64,000 nucleotides of DNA from Marsupella aquatica (GCA_973895155.1 OZ316894.1:12812828-12876827); one strand, 5' to 3'. Positions 50,903 through 63,810 are shown, counted from the first letter of the stretch. A program made the numbers and translations. The notes: generated by a model not told the origin, from the letters alone.

Positions 50903-51450
50903 TTCATTGTTTTAGTACTTTATGTGGATGATATGCTAATTGCAGCCAAGGATAGGTCTGAGATTGTTAAGCTCAAGGCACTGCTTAGTGCAGAGTTTAA
51001 GATGAAGGACTTAGGGCCAGCTAAGAGGATTTTGGGTATGAAGATCACTAGGGACTTGGAGGCTGGCAAGCTATGGTTGACGCAGAGCAGTTATGCGAGG
51101 AAGGTAATTGCAAGGTTCAACATGGGGAATAGCAAGCCAGTAAGTACCCCGTTGGCTCCACACTTCAAGTTATCATCAGTGTTCTGTCCTACGGATGACA
51201 CAGAGAAGGGGTTGATGTCAAAGGTTCCGTATGACAAGGCAGTGGGGAGTCTCATGTATTTGATGACTTGCACTAGACCTGATCTTGCCATGGCTATGGG
51301 CAAGGTGAGCAGGTACATGTCGAATCCAGGGAAGGTACACTGGGAAGCAGTGAAGTGGATTATCAGGTACTTGAAGGGTACCGTGGATCATGGTCTTTTA
51401 TTTGATGCGAATGCAAAGAATGCTAAATCATTGATTGGCTATGTTGATTC
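50903..51450 (+). pseudogene. Copia reverse transcriptase, C-terminal fragment
   Basis: LVLYVDDMLI...FKMKDLG...YDKAVGSLMYLMTCTRPDLA...HWEAVKWIIRYLKGT...GYVDS. Confidence 0.95.
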
Positions 51451-51553
51451 TGGACAAAAACCAAACCGGTTTCCCTCTCTAACTAGAGCAAACCAAAACT
51501 AAGCCGTAGCCTAATACATAGGAATGAGGAAGAACATATATCAGTAATTACAA

Positions 51554-51983
51554 CAAGTACACACAATAGCCGTATTGTAGAGTACTTAGCAACTGGTGAG
51601 AAGACCTCATTGTAATTCACACCTTTCTCTTGTGTGAATCCCTTTGCTACCAACCTAGCCTTGTAGACCTTCGATCCGCCTCCTATGGAATTATCCTTCA
51701 GCTTGTAAATCCACTTGCTGTCCACCACTTGCTGACCCTTAGGCAGCTTAACAAGCTCCCAAGTTTTGTTGTCCTTTAGTGACTGCACCTCCGTTTGCAT
51801 TGCTGCAGTCCACTTCTGCTTCTCCTTTGAAGCACTTGCCTCATGAAATGAAGAAGGTTCCCCTTCTTCCAAAATTAACGCATCACCCTCATCATCAGCT
51901 GCAAAATCATCCTCTTGCAGTTGAGATGAATCAACCCACTGTCCATACCTTGGTGGAGCACGTACAGTGCGACCAGATGTCAA
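51554..51983 (-). pseudogene. Copia integrase-RT linker and RT N-terminal fragment
   Basis: RTVRAPPRYG...EPSSFHEA...WTAAMQTEVQSLKDNKTWELV...KWIYKLK...KARLVAKGFTQEKGVNYNEVFSPVAK. Confidence 0.95.
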
Positions 51984-52103
51984 ATTTTGATTTTGATTTC
52001 GGTTTTCAGTATTGGACTCCTAGCTTTATGGGCTACGCGGCGGTGTTGAGTTTCGAGTTTTTTGAGAAGTTGTGAAAAACAACATTTTTTGTGATTTTCT
52101 CAT

Positions 52104-52582
52104 ATGAGTAATTTGGAGGAGTTTTTCGAAGACGTGGAACTTGAAGCACGAGGATCACCGCGGAGGTTTCAGGGGCAAAGAGAGGAGCAAGAGGAAGAGC
52201 ACGTGACACCGATACCATCACCGGTGCGGCATGTGATGGAGGAAGCAGTACTACTATCGGAGCTCACGGTAGTGCCAAAGAAGAAGATGGGGACTTTCAA
52301 GCTTGGGGGACCCAAGTATGAAGTGACAAAGTATGATGGGCGCTCTGACTACTTGCTATGGGAGAAGCAGGTGAAGGGAGTGCTCTATGCGTCAGGGATG
52401 GGCCAACTACTGAGCCCTCGTGAAGACAATGTTGATGAGAAACAATGGGACCGCATGCAGGAGCAGGGAGTGTGGTGTGTTACACTCTATCTCATGCCTC
52501 CCATCATCAAGCAGTTGGGTGCACATAAGGATTGCATGTCCTTGTTTGCGGAATTGCAGAGCAAGTATCACCGCAAGGAGTT
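52104..52582 (+). pseudogene. Copia gag N-terminal fragment
   Basis: KYEVTKYDGRSDYLLWEKQVKGVL motif typical of Copia gag; truncated by LTR sequence at 52583. Confidence 0.85.
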
Positions 52583-53218
52583 GTAGAACCAAGGCTCATT
52601 GTTATGAAGCCACTTGAGAGATAGGGAGAGCTTACACTGTGGAGACTCGGTATAGCCGACGGGCTTAGAGTTCAGTAAAACTCTCTTGTGTGTTCCCGTG
52701 GACGTAGCCTCAAGGAGGTCAACCACGTATTTCTTGTGTCGACTATTGTGCGTTGGATGGTTTATGGGCTTGCCATTGCGATCGTCGTCTATGCTCAACA
52801 CATTCAAGGGTCTTGGATGATCACACCTAGGCTGTGCCGTATCTCATGTGCCAAACGTCCGTTGCGCATGAAGTGGACTTTGTTAGCCTTGGGTCCAAGA
52901 GGAGCTCCCACTCAAACCCTCAACTTTCAAAGTCCTCTCGGGGGTCCGTACCGTCCACCCTGAGCCTGACCCTTCCAATGACCCAACCAGCTCCAAGCTA
53001 CTCTACGTCCTTAATGTGCGTCTCCAGCTTAGCGTCTCGCTCATGCTAGTGCAATGCCTCATTGCCCACTAGTCTCCCAATCTTAGTCCCCACCGGATGG
53101 CCGTTCTAGAGGCTTGGACCATAGAGGAGCTCGACGTCCTATTGATTCAGCCAAAACTCCTCATCACCCCTTGCCCTTCGCTTTTCAGCACTTGATCTCT
53201 CCCTGCCAAGCATTCGAT

Positions 53219-54050
53219 TGTTAGGAATTGACTTGAGTTCCCGACTTAGTTAGTTTGGCCTTACTAGGGTTAGTTAACCCTGGATTATATTAGGATAAGA
53301 TCCGCTTAGTGAATCAATAGGACGTTGAGCTACTCTATGGTCGAGCTTGACGTCCTATTGATTCCTATGTGAAGCAACCAAGGAGCTGATCTGGCTACAG
53401 AGATTGGTGAGTGATCTGGGTGTTTCACATGAAAGACCGGTATTGCTGTGTGATAGTCAAAGTGTTTTGCATCTGGCTAAGAACCCTGTGTTCCATGCTA
53501 GGATAAAGCACATTGATATTTGTTATCACTTCATCCGTGAGGTGATTGAGATGAAGCAGATGTTTCTGGAGAAGGTGGCTTCAGAGGAGAATACGATAGA
53601 CATACTTACCAAAGTTTTATCTACCAATAACTTTAGTCATTGTGTGGATATAATTAATGTTAGGGCCAAACTGGAGACTATGTAGATATGTTACTTAGTT
53701 AATACATATTGTATATCACCTGACTCATTGTGTGAATTGGAGTCAAGGTGGAAATTGTTAGGAATTGACTCGAGTTATCGGCTTAGTTAGTTTGGCCTTA
53801 CCAGGGTTAGTTAACCTTGGATTACATTAGGATAAGATCCGCTTAATAGTTTAGGCCGAGTATCTTGGTCCCCTTGGGGGGTATAGGTTGGAGGGAGAGC
53901 ACTCACTCCCTCCTTCTTCACATGTACTATCATTTGCTATGGAGCCTTCAGGAGTTTCTCCACTCGGGGGGTCTTGTCGGTGTAACGTCTGATTGAGTCT
54001 CTCTCATGTTTTCGCATTGTTGTCTAGTCTGGAGCCGACAGTTTCTTACA
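53219..54050 (+). mobile_element. Internally deleted Ty1/Copia element (LTR family C)
   Basis: TSD TCGAT at 53214-53218 and 54051-54055; partial 5' LTR 53219-53310; RNase H end (EATKELIWL...LCDSQS..HLAKNPVFHARIKHID) 53366-53685; PPT GAGTCAAGGTGGAAAT; 3' LTR TGTTAGG...TCTTACA 53756-54050. Confidence 0.9.
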
Positions 54051-54321
54051 TCGATCTCCCCCTTGCCAAACTTTCAATCACCCCATGTCAAGCATCCAAT
54101 CTATTCCTTCCCCTTGCCAAGCTTTCAATCGCCATGGCCAAACATGCCCAAGAATCCTTTTAACAACATCACTCTTTGGTGATTCAACTCTCTTTCTTCC
54201 CTTGGATCTCCTCCATTGCTTCTACTTTTCACAAACAACGCTCTACTCTTTCACCATTTCAGCCGATAGTTTTGAGTTGTTTAAGTAGTTGCAAAAAACA
54301 ACAGTTTTTTTATTTACTCAT

Positions 54322-54600
54322 ATGAGTGATTTGAAGGAGCAATTCAAAGACGTTGAACTTGAAGCAAGAGGATCACCGGTGCAATACGAGGAGGAGGAAG
54401 AAGAGGAGAGGAAAGAGGAGGAGACACCGGTACCATCACCGATGCGGTGTGTGGTGGAGGAAACAGTCTTACTACTTGAGCTAACGGGTAGTTGCAAAGA
54501 AGAAGATGAGGACTATCAAGCTCGGAGGTCCCAAGTTTGATGTCTCAAAGTATTATGGCCGTAGAGAATACTTGTTATAGGTGCAACAAGTGAAGGCTCT
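54322..54600 (+). pseudogene. Decayed Copia gag start, probably belonging to the LTR at 48290
   Basis: MSDLKEQFKDVELEARGSP...TPVPSP is homologous to gag at 52104; frameshifted. The link to the 48290 LTR is inferred. Confidence 0.75.
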
Positions 54601-54897
54601 ACTTGTGAAATTTCTCTTGTTTTATTCAATTTTTCAAAATTTGGTACCTCAAGTGCTGGAAAGTTCAGGCCTGCACTTGGTTAATGCCAACATATGTCTC
54701 CTAGGGAGTAGATTTGAGGCATAAAACTCTGAGTCAATGCTTGATTGCCACCCGTTTAGTTGGGGGCAGGGACACTCAAGGGCCACCCACATGCAAGACG
54801 GCCCTAGGTTGGGGGTTCCACTAAGCAATTGTAGACGAGACGATAACTGCGTGAATGCCCTGTGCATGTTTGTGCGGAAGGAGGGAGAGAAGAAGCA

Positions 54898-57478
54898 ATG
54901 GAGGCGGCAGAGGCTAACGCTGCGATGAAGCCGTGGGAACAGCATCATTCAATCATAAGCATGCCGCGCTTCGCGTACAACGCCGCTTCAGTCCTGAAAG
55001 ACAATGCGGGCTTTCTTGTCACCTGCACTTTCCGTGAGCGCTCTCTCTAAACTTTCCTCCTCTGGTTCTGTAAGTTGTACGAATGCAGACGCGTCGCTGT
55101 TCATCTCCAACTGTTGAAAGCGTAGGCAAATGTCTGTATGAATGTAACGGGCCCTCGCTTCCTTTGCTTTTGGATGGAGATACTCCAAATCGTCATCGTC
55201 GTCGTCATCTTCGTGAACACTTTATTGATCAGGGTTTGGTTTGCGTTGACAAACGATGCCGTAGGGCGGGAGAAAAGTGCAACTAAGGAAATTTTGGCGC
55301 TGATTCAAGAGGTTTGTTTACTCCATTCCCTGTCCCTTTTCATTTTTCGAATCATCTGAGCTTCGGCACAATTTCCGCGCTGTAGATTGTGAATGAATGG
55401 AATCCTCCTCTCTCTGAATCGTAACCTTTGCCGCAGTTTGGGGATCAGTGAACTTCAACAGTAATTCGTTTAGTCGTTGATTCTCTCTGTGCTATTGGTC
55501 TGATAGTTCATTTGTTTTTCTCGTTGTTACCGTGTCCATCAGACTTTAGTGTTCAATTCATATTCTCGTCTATCCTGGAATAGGGATAAACTAGAAATCA
55601 AATCCTTCAACTGCCCTTCGTTAATTTTCTGTGGCGGTCCGTTGTTGCAGTAGCTAGCTGGGCCGTGCGCACGGGCCTGTCCAATTTTCTTCTGACCCGG
55701 CTTTTTGCAGTATACGAATTTGACAGAGGTTGGTAGTCAGGGACATCAAGGCAGCAATGGAGCAGGGACAGGAAAAAATGACAAGCGACCCGTGGGTGTG
55801 GACCAAGCCCTTCCTGAGACAGGATCGATATCCAATTCTCAAGAGGTTGGGAATGTGCGTGGAAATATTGTGGAGAATTCCACCACTAAGGTAGCTGGGG
55901 ATAGTTTCTCTTTGGGCAAGGAGGAAACTAAGAGATATGATGCGGAAGAGGACCAACCAGTTACTGGCTTAAGCCCAGCAACTAGTCCTCATGAAGATAT
56001 ACTGAACGTGAAGGAGAACGAGTTCACTCTTGTCAAGTTGGCGACAATGGGCGTGATTTACATTTGTACTTTTTGCAAGCCTCCCGGTACTGTACTCGGT
56101 ATTGCTACTAGAATAGTGAAGGACGTGCAGGCAGGAATAAGGGCTGCGCCTAAGTAAGTGTTTTCCCTCTGTAATGTTTCTCTCGGGCTTAATAACGATT
56201 AGGTATATCAGGATCTAATGAAACCTTCATGAGGTCCTTGTTAGGGAGTAATGGTTGCCTCACGATCTCTCAATCGTATGATGGATGGACCCCATTTCCT
56301 CTTTTGCCGATAAAATACTTGAATTTGGTCTTGTCGTGCCAGTCTCCTATCAACAAGGTGAGAAAAATTAAAAGAATTGAGTCAGTGGACTCACTTCTTT
56401 ATTATTGTTTCAGATGGTGCCACCGCATAGTGCCCGTGCAAGCAACATGTTCGATGAAGCGGGAAGAGCTTCAAGCAGTAGTATCTCGTTTGGTGAAGGG
56501 TCACTTGCGTGACCATGCTCCGTCCTGTGAGCATCCTATCAATGTCGGTTACCCGCTTTCGGGGTCTATGCATATTTCATTTCCTGGCTGCAGTATTCTT
56601 GGCCGTCATAAATTTAGATATATATTTATGATGTGGGTACTTGAGAATTTTCTTCACGAGAGAATGTTGGAAGTACAACCTGAATATCTTTTGCATTGGC
56701 CTTGTCTCTAGAATTTGTACCAATTTTGATGTGTCTGTGGCTTTTAGAAATATGCTTATCAATGGCCCCCTTAATTTGATTACTCTGAAACTCAATGTGC
56801 GACAGGCACGGGCCCAAGAGGCCCAACTTCCCGGTTCTATTTGGTTAACTTGATGGCGAGTGTAGTCGTAGCTCGGCGTCGTAAAGGCTTTTTTCACTGT
56901 TAAGGTTTTAAATATATAGACAGGATTGAAGTGACTTAAAGGAATCACACGGAATATTTAGGATGTCACGAGGGATTAGACATCAGTATCTTTCGCTGAA
57001 TGAGACCTGGTTGTCTTTGGCAGTATGCAGTTGCATTCAATAGGCGAGGTGCTGATGTAGCAAAGAGTTGTTCAACGGACTCCGAAGCCAACATGCTCGG
57101 CCGTGATGAGTGCATAAAGATTGTTACGTCTGCTGTTGAGCAAGTAACTAAGACTGTTAGAGTTGACCTGACCTCTCCTCAGGTACTAAATCACTCTAGA
57201 ATCTTTGGCTGCATAACTTCTGTTTTTAAAGTGTTATTAGTGGAGAGAACTGGCCATTAAACGTGAACCCATAGAGTTTGGATGCGCAAACTGAAACTCT
57301 TCGTTGGTTGCAGATGGTGATCAACGTGGAGTTGATTCCAGTGGCTGCGGCCCAGAGTTGTCTGATGTGCGCCGTGTCAGTACTACCCGGAGACCTCATA
57401 GTCTCTAAGCCGAAGATTCATATAAAGCCACTTGCTTCCCAAAATCCCATATCAAGAAAAAGAAAACATTTGAAATAG
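54898..57478 (+). CDS. THUMP domain-containing protein, 359 aa
   Basis: In-phase GT-AG exons 54898-55033, 55265-55311, 55711-56153, 56414-56543, 57024-57182 and 57314-57478. Motifs PWEQH...GFLVTCTFRREKSATKE...WCHRIVPVQATC...YAVAFNRRG...VDLTSP.MVINVELIP. Confidence 0.85.
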
Positions 57479-58948
57479 TTGTTTGTGCCTGACGACAAGG
57501 ACTGCCAATCCCATGCAGTTAGGCTGATTGGAGACAACCTTTTGTACATTAGGGGGGTGTTTTCTTTATGCGAAAGCTTGTCAGATCTCGAGTGATCTAC
57601 CCACGGGCTTTTTTTCCCCATCAAAGTGTACAATCTTTCTTACATTTTTGCTTTTGACGTTGTGGGGGAGGATTCTGGGTAAAATCGTTGATATCTCATC
57701 AGCTCTTAGATTGTAGGTTTAGTAGTGCAACCCTACACGGCTCACTGGAAATATCGTTCATCACCTAACATTCCCGAGAGTGCAAGATATAGTGTTATCA
57801 ACATGTATCTGTCAGAACACTAATAGTGCACTGCAAAATGTGAACACTAACTTACAGAGTATCTCGGTGTTTAGGTGGACCTGGCAGGAACTACATGGCT
57901 GCTTTCAGTGCTACTTCGAATATGAGTTGTTCTTGGTGAGTGGTAGAGACGACCTGCAATCCGAGTCAAGCTTCAAGCTCAGTTGTGATTTCTCGCTAAG
58001 CGTCCCGTTTGCTCCACACTAGTTAAGTTTCTTTTGAATGCTTTGAATTGATGATGAAAACGCATACACTTTAGAAACCCCAGACAAATCTGAAACAAAA
58101 CACAACGAAATGCAACTGATGCTGCCCGCAACCAAGAATGCTAGCATGACCTTGAGCTGAGCTTCACTAAAACACGAGATCACAATTATGCAACTAATGC
58201 GGCCCTTATCCAAAAGCTTGACCTCGAAACAGAGATTCATGGAAACACAAGTACAGATGACAAACATATGGCACTAGAAAGGAATAATACACTTTAAGAG
58301 CAGAATCAGCAAAATCTTATAAAATAAGAAGAGAACAACTTTGGTAGGAGTGCGCGAACAACTTTGGTAGGGGTCACGAGTGCTATGTTTTGAATTGCTA
58401 TCTCTCAATTTTATGGGTTTATAACAGTTACCTTAAAAATAAGCTCGCATCCCTAACATTAACTTTTACATCTATTCAATCACTTAGCCCACACTGTTAA
58501 GGATATGTGCATTTCATGAGACGCAAATTTTTTTAAAAGATGTGTCAGTTAACACATGGACCATAGTTTTCTTCACTCTGTACTCTACCAGTTTATCTCT
58601 GAATTAGAGTTAGTCCATAAATAACCTTGGTAACTCTAACTTGAGAGTGAGCCAGCTTCAGCAGAAAATAACACTAATTATGGTGGATTGCCTTGCTAAT
58701 GCTAATTTGGCTTGCATTTCCATGGTGGAAGGACATTCACGCTTGTCAAATCTTACGATTGCTGCACAATAGTGATCTCTGCTTGTGTTCTCCTTTGCTC
58801 AAGATCTTGCTCATGATGCAAACGAGTGCAATGTGTCTGATCGTCTTTGAAATGTCTCTCTTCCATGTCTCAATTAATGTTCTTCAGGGGGGCGTTGGGG
58901 TCCAAATCGTGTTATGCACGAACGGAATGAGTAGTACCAATTGCGGTG

Positions 58949-59139
58949 AAGAGTGCAGACTTGGGGATCTCTGACATTTGGTTGCCCTGGTTTGAATTTC
59001 ACAAAAACAAAAAAGGGGAATTGTCATTGCAATAAAACGCCACAAGAGTGCAGACTTGGGGATCTCTGACATTTGGTTGCCCTGGTTTGAATTTCACAAA
59101 AACAAAAAAGGGGACTTGTCGTTGCAATAAAACGCCACA
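58949..59139. repeat. Near-perfect 95-bp tandem duplication
   Basis: AAGAGTGCAGACTTGGGGATCTCTGACATTTGG...AATAAAACGCCAC starts at 58949 and 59044; 2 mismatches seen. Confidence 0.95.
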
Positions 59140-60461
59140 TGCGTGAACAACTTTCAATCGCTCTCAGAAGTAAAGCTGCCGTTTCAATGACATCCAGCCT
59201 AAACGAGTAATCTAAGAGATTTTACGTAGAATACAGTTCTATTGCTCCCTGCAATTCCTGGAAATTTGGAACGATGCTTTCAATTCAACTATGCTGGCAA
59301 CAATTATTGTTTGAACCTTAGCTTGCGTTGCTCCAATCTGGGATCGACAATCCCTTTCGACTAATAATATTGACAAATCTAAAGCCAAAGTGTTAATTAA
59401 CCAAATATCACCCTCGACCCAAGATGTCTCCCAGATATGTGCTTACTTAAACTATTGCTTTAGACCCGTGAGCATCATGACAAGGGTCCCAGCTGATCGA
59501 AGGCTTCCTTTCAGTGCAAGAGCCATCAAATTGGACATACGTTGCCTCAATCGAATTTGGAAAGCGTATCCAGCACTCCACCTTGTTTTCACTGTGACCA
59601 GATGCGTTCGAATATGGTCAATTTTGGATAGTAATTATATTTTCACCCCAGGGGCAAGTACCCTAGATTTGGAAAGCTACACTAATTAGATACATCAAAG
59701 CACCCCACATTCACACTAATCGTTGCGTTGTTATTTAAATGGCAAAACCCTCGCGGTGTAATGGTGGAATGGCGGTTTATCAATCATCATAAAATTGTTC
59801 GGGACACTTCCCGTGCGTTTTACAATGTCGACTCACATTCGCCTATGTGGTGTCTAGGCTCTTCCGTAACTATCTGGCACTTAAACCGCCGGTGGACGCT
59901 TTACTTTAGTTAATCGGTTAAGTTTCACTAAGAACTTGGTGTAAGACTCACCTCTTACACCATGTGGAATAATGTCACGGAGGCACCACAATTGAGTTCA
60001 TTGACGCAAGAATGCCTGCCAAGCTGGATAATAACAGGGTAATGGCACACAAGTGCTAGAAGATATGCATTGGCCTCAGTATGTTCTGCGGGAGATAGGG
60101 GGCAGACAGCTGTGTTGGTAAGTTTAGACATCGTCCATATTAATTCACCTACAGTAGCTCTTCCTCTTCCACAAGCCCATGTGGACTATTGTCTCTTATC
60201 AGACCTGCACTACAACAAAATACTCAAATAGGCATCTTTCTCTAATTTCAATTGTGAGATACTGGCACTGTAACACTATATTCACAGAGTGGTACCCTTC
60301 CTCGAAAGATGATTCGACAAAAGCACACCACACCAACACTGATAGAAGGTGAAATGTGAAGTATAAGTTGAGAAATAATAAACCTGCCTTAAGGCGATGT
60401 GCATTCAAGCTACATAAGTACCAGCTATGATCACAGATCCCCAACGGGACATTGATTGGAA

Positions 60462-63400
60462 CTAACCATCTGCAGGGGTCCTTGATTGCAAAATACCAAT
60501 TTCCCATATCTCAGTCCACCTGCTCACAGCCAAAATCATAAGCAACGCAATTAGTCTAGGACCAAAAGCTGGCCAAGCCCTTCCTCCTAGCTTTTCTTCA
60601 AGAGTCATGTTTTTGGCAATCATTCACGTTAAGAAAATCCTTGGTGACCCATAGAGGTCCATGGATAGATCCTCGGTCATCCTAAAGAGGTGCGCACCTT
60701 ACACCAGAAGCTTCGATAAAAAGAAATTCTCCATGCCGCCAGTTTTCTCGAAATTGCCCAAAGAAAACATCTCCCTGGGATGAATAAAATCGACCTTCTC
60801 CATCAGCTCTGCCCTTCCAGAAGTTTGCATACAGTCTATCCCCATTGTGATAGTACATCCATCCCTGGCAATGGCAAATTGGTTTAATGAAAGCACGCAA
60901 TTGGCCCGGGAGTCCAACATCTCATCAGTCAGGATCCCTGGCAATGGCAACTATTTCTAAATCTGAAGCTGTAGTAAACAAGTTTTATGTAAATGATCCA
61001 CTCGGATGACCTATTGGGTCCCTTCTACCCATCATTCAGCTTTCATAAAGATCCTGTCCACGAAATGAAATCATAGATCGTTGTCATCGTCGAAATCAAT
61101 CTAATGTCAGTTCCGGTTCGCTTTAACGAGAAAATCCTCAAACCTTGCCACAAAGGAACAGTTCCGAGACCATCGAACAGTGCAATAGGTGCCTGTCACT
61201 CCGAGCAAAACACAGTGACGCATTTCTTGGAAGAATTTCTTCCTAGACACTTGACATAACCTTGTTGAAGCTGGCATCAACATCCAGTGAACAAAACAAC
61301 AACACACATACCTTCCCATGCATCACATCATCTTTCCAAGAACCTTGAAACATGTCACCGTTTGAGTAGTAAAATGCACCGGAACCCGCTCTCTTTCCTT
61401 GCCTCCACTGACCATCATAGAAACTACCATCAGAGAAGGACAATCGTCCCTGCATTTTTAACCAGATATACAGGGTGAGACAACAAAAGAATTTATACTT
61501 CTCAGATTTTGGACATATAAAAGAATTTCGAAAAACATTGCAACAAGGAAGATTCTCACCTTCCCTTCAGGCAACCCTCCTTGGCATCGACCCTTGTAGG
61601 TGCCATTCTTAAAACCCATTTCCACCAGAGGTGTCAACTTCTTTTGACTTCTCTCGCTTTCCTGATCGGCAGACATAATTAACCTCCAAATTAATCTCCA
61701 AACTTCACCTCCAATACCGACAGTCGCCAAAATCAAAAGAAGATATAGAATCCTAGGAATCATTTGAGGTTCGTCATACGTAGAATGATATGGCAGTAAC
61801 GATGAATTGAGACTTAACGTTCAGTATCTCCAAAGAAACTATGTAAGTTATAATATTATTTTGATTTGATCATTTACTAATTGCAAGGACAGATGCAATA
61901 ATTCGAGCATAGCTTTGGCTGACTGAAAGTGTGCGTTGCACCGACAAAATGTGACATCAGTCAAACTTTTGTCAGTGAAAGATGTCTGGTAGAATTACCA
62001 GCATTGATGCTGCTCGTTGTGATAGGGATGCTTGTCTTCTGTCATCATTCATGTCCCTGCCCATAACTAAGGCAGATGCTGCATTGTACATATCACGTAC
62101 TGCCTCAAGGCCCATATCCATCATTCGGTTCCTAGGCAGTGCATCAGGGTCCACGGGAACTGCGTCTTTACCACTCCATTTGTCTTCTCCAACTTCGACT
62201 CCTGCACCAAATGTGAAGTTCTCGCTCGTAGCTTGAGAACTCTGTTTGGGGTCCAGTTTGACCCCTACAGGCAAACTTATATCCAAAGCTGATGTTACCT
62301 CTGCCGGCTCCCTGGCCTCTGCCCTAGCTTGAGCCCATGCCTCTGCAATATCAGAACTTGGACCGGCTTCCCAGGCTAACCTCAACTTTTGACTTGCAGC
62401 ACTTGCAGCACTTGCAGGCGATGCCTGGGCGGGAGCCTGTCTTGCATCTGCATTTCTTATGTCTTCTCTAATCGGTGATCTATGGTTATAAACTGACGAT
62501 GATCTCTTTCCGAGAGATCGGCGTGGTGGTGGCCGGTTTCCTTTCTGAGGCGAAGGGCTTCGATCAATGCTAGGTCTCAACGTCTTGGTCCCACCTACCA
62601 ATTTTTCTTGGATCAATGAGGAAGAGTCATTGTCACACATTGCTCCGTTGGGAACAACAGATTCCTCAGCCGATGTCTTTTCCTGGAAGCTTTCCAAAGA
62701 GCCTCTGTTTGCACTCTTGGATGTACTAGCGAAAGAACTGTACCCAATTTGTTTCAAATTCCCACTTTGCTCAGCGGTGTTGATGCCAATCATGGATGGT
62801 ACTCCAAATTCGCTGCTATCGTTGTCTGAAAATTGACTAGCACCCTGGTGTTTGTTTACCCTGAAATCGACTCTAGCTCGTCAGAGGATACCACCATAAA
62901 ATGCAATCATGAAGGCAAAACTTGGTATTGGTGATAACAAAAGCCTGAGGAAATCGATGTGCATCTCTGAAGCAGTGATTCACGTCACTGATAGTCTCCC
63001 GTCAGCTTTCTCAAAATGCTGGGCCTGCTCAACTTTGAACAGACGGTTTTCCCACTTCACAGTGACGTTTAGACCTTCCGAAAAGTGAACATGCCTCTGT
63101 TCAAAGTTGAGTTGAGCAGGCCTGGCATTTTGAAAAAAATGGTTACTAGGAAATTCCATTGCATGATAAGATGAGCCTCGAGGTGCTAGTTTAATATATA
63201 GGTAGTACCTGGCGATGATTATTGTCGCTAGTTTTACTTTGCTCTCCAGCATTGGGTTCCTCACAGTACTGATTATCAATTGTAACTCAGGACCCAAGGT
63301 TTGATGGAGAAACGATTTCCAAGCTCCCAATTCTTCCTTACTTTGATCCAAACAGCTAGCCACAGTGCACAGCACCAATCGTTTGGCTCCCTGAACATCA

Positions 63401-63810
63401 GTCAGAATTTCAACGGTAAATCTTCCAGATCTCTAAAGGACCAATAGGTGCAGGATGCATGCCCACATCTTTCAACCTGGGTCACCAATGAAATGCATAT
63501 CTCTTCCACTGGCAACATACATTCGTGATTGGAGTCATGCATCATCTGCACTAGCTGTCTTGCAAGTTCTCATAAACAAGGGGAAAAAACGGTACTCTAT
63601 TTGACTTACAAAAGGACGATAATCAGAAATCGGGGCCTCAGCCACAGCCATCTCGATAGCTTCTCTAGACGTATCTCCTCTTCCAGAACCCAACCAGGCC
63701 CTGCCTGCATGTTGCAGAATCTGCAGCCATTGAACGCTCGCTCTTGTTGAATAATCTTTAAGTACACTACCATCCAAATTAGGCACTCCCCCTCCTTCAC
63801 TTCCATAGAT
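60462..63810 (-). CDS. ARC3: ARC3 chloroplast division protein (end of FtsZ-like domain, middle domain, MORN repeats); 5' end lies beyond the window
   Basis: In-phase exons 63810-63610, 63390-63209, 63121-62984, 62860-61999, 61661-61560, 61449-61312, 60864-60698 and 60519-60462. The C-terminus SLSQRAASMLESER...YKGRCQGGLPEGKGRL...DGSFYDGQW..GKR...ANFWKGRADGEGRFYS...WRHG matches recalled plant ARC3. Upstream exons are less certain. Confidence 0.88.

Larger units (their letters stand above)
50209..52800. mobile_element. Rearranged Ty1/Copia insertion with inverted LTR ends and a 5-bp TSD
   Basis: CATTC at 50204-50208 and 52801-52805. Minus-strand full LTR 50209-50611 with PPT (reverse complement ATCTTCCCCTTGACT, 50612-50626); plus-strand RT piece; minus-strand RT piece; plus-strand gag; plus-strand 3' part of LTR at 52583-52800. 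Confidence 0.85.
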
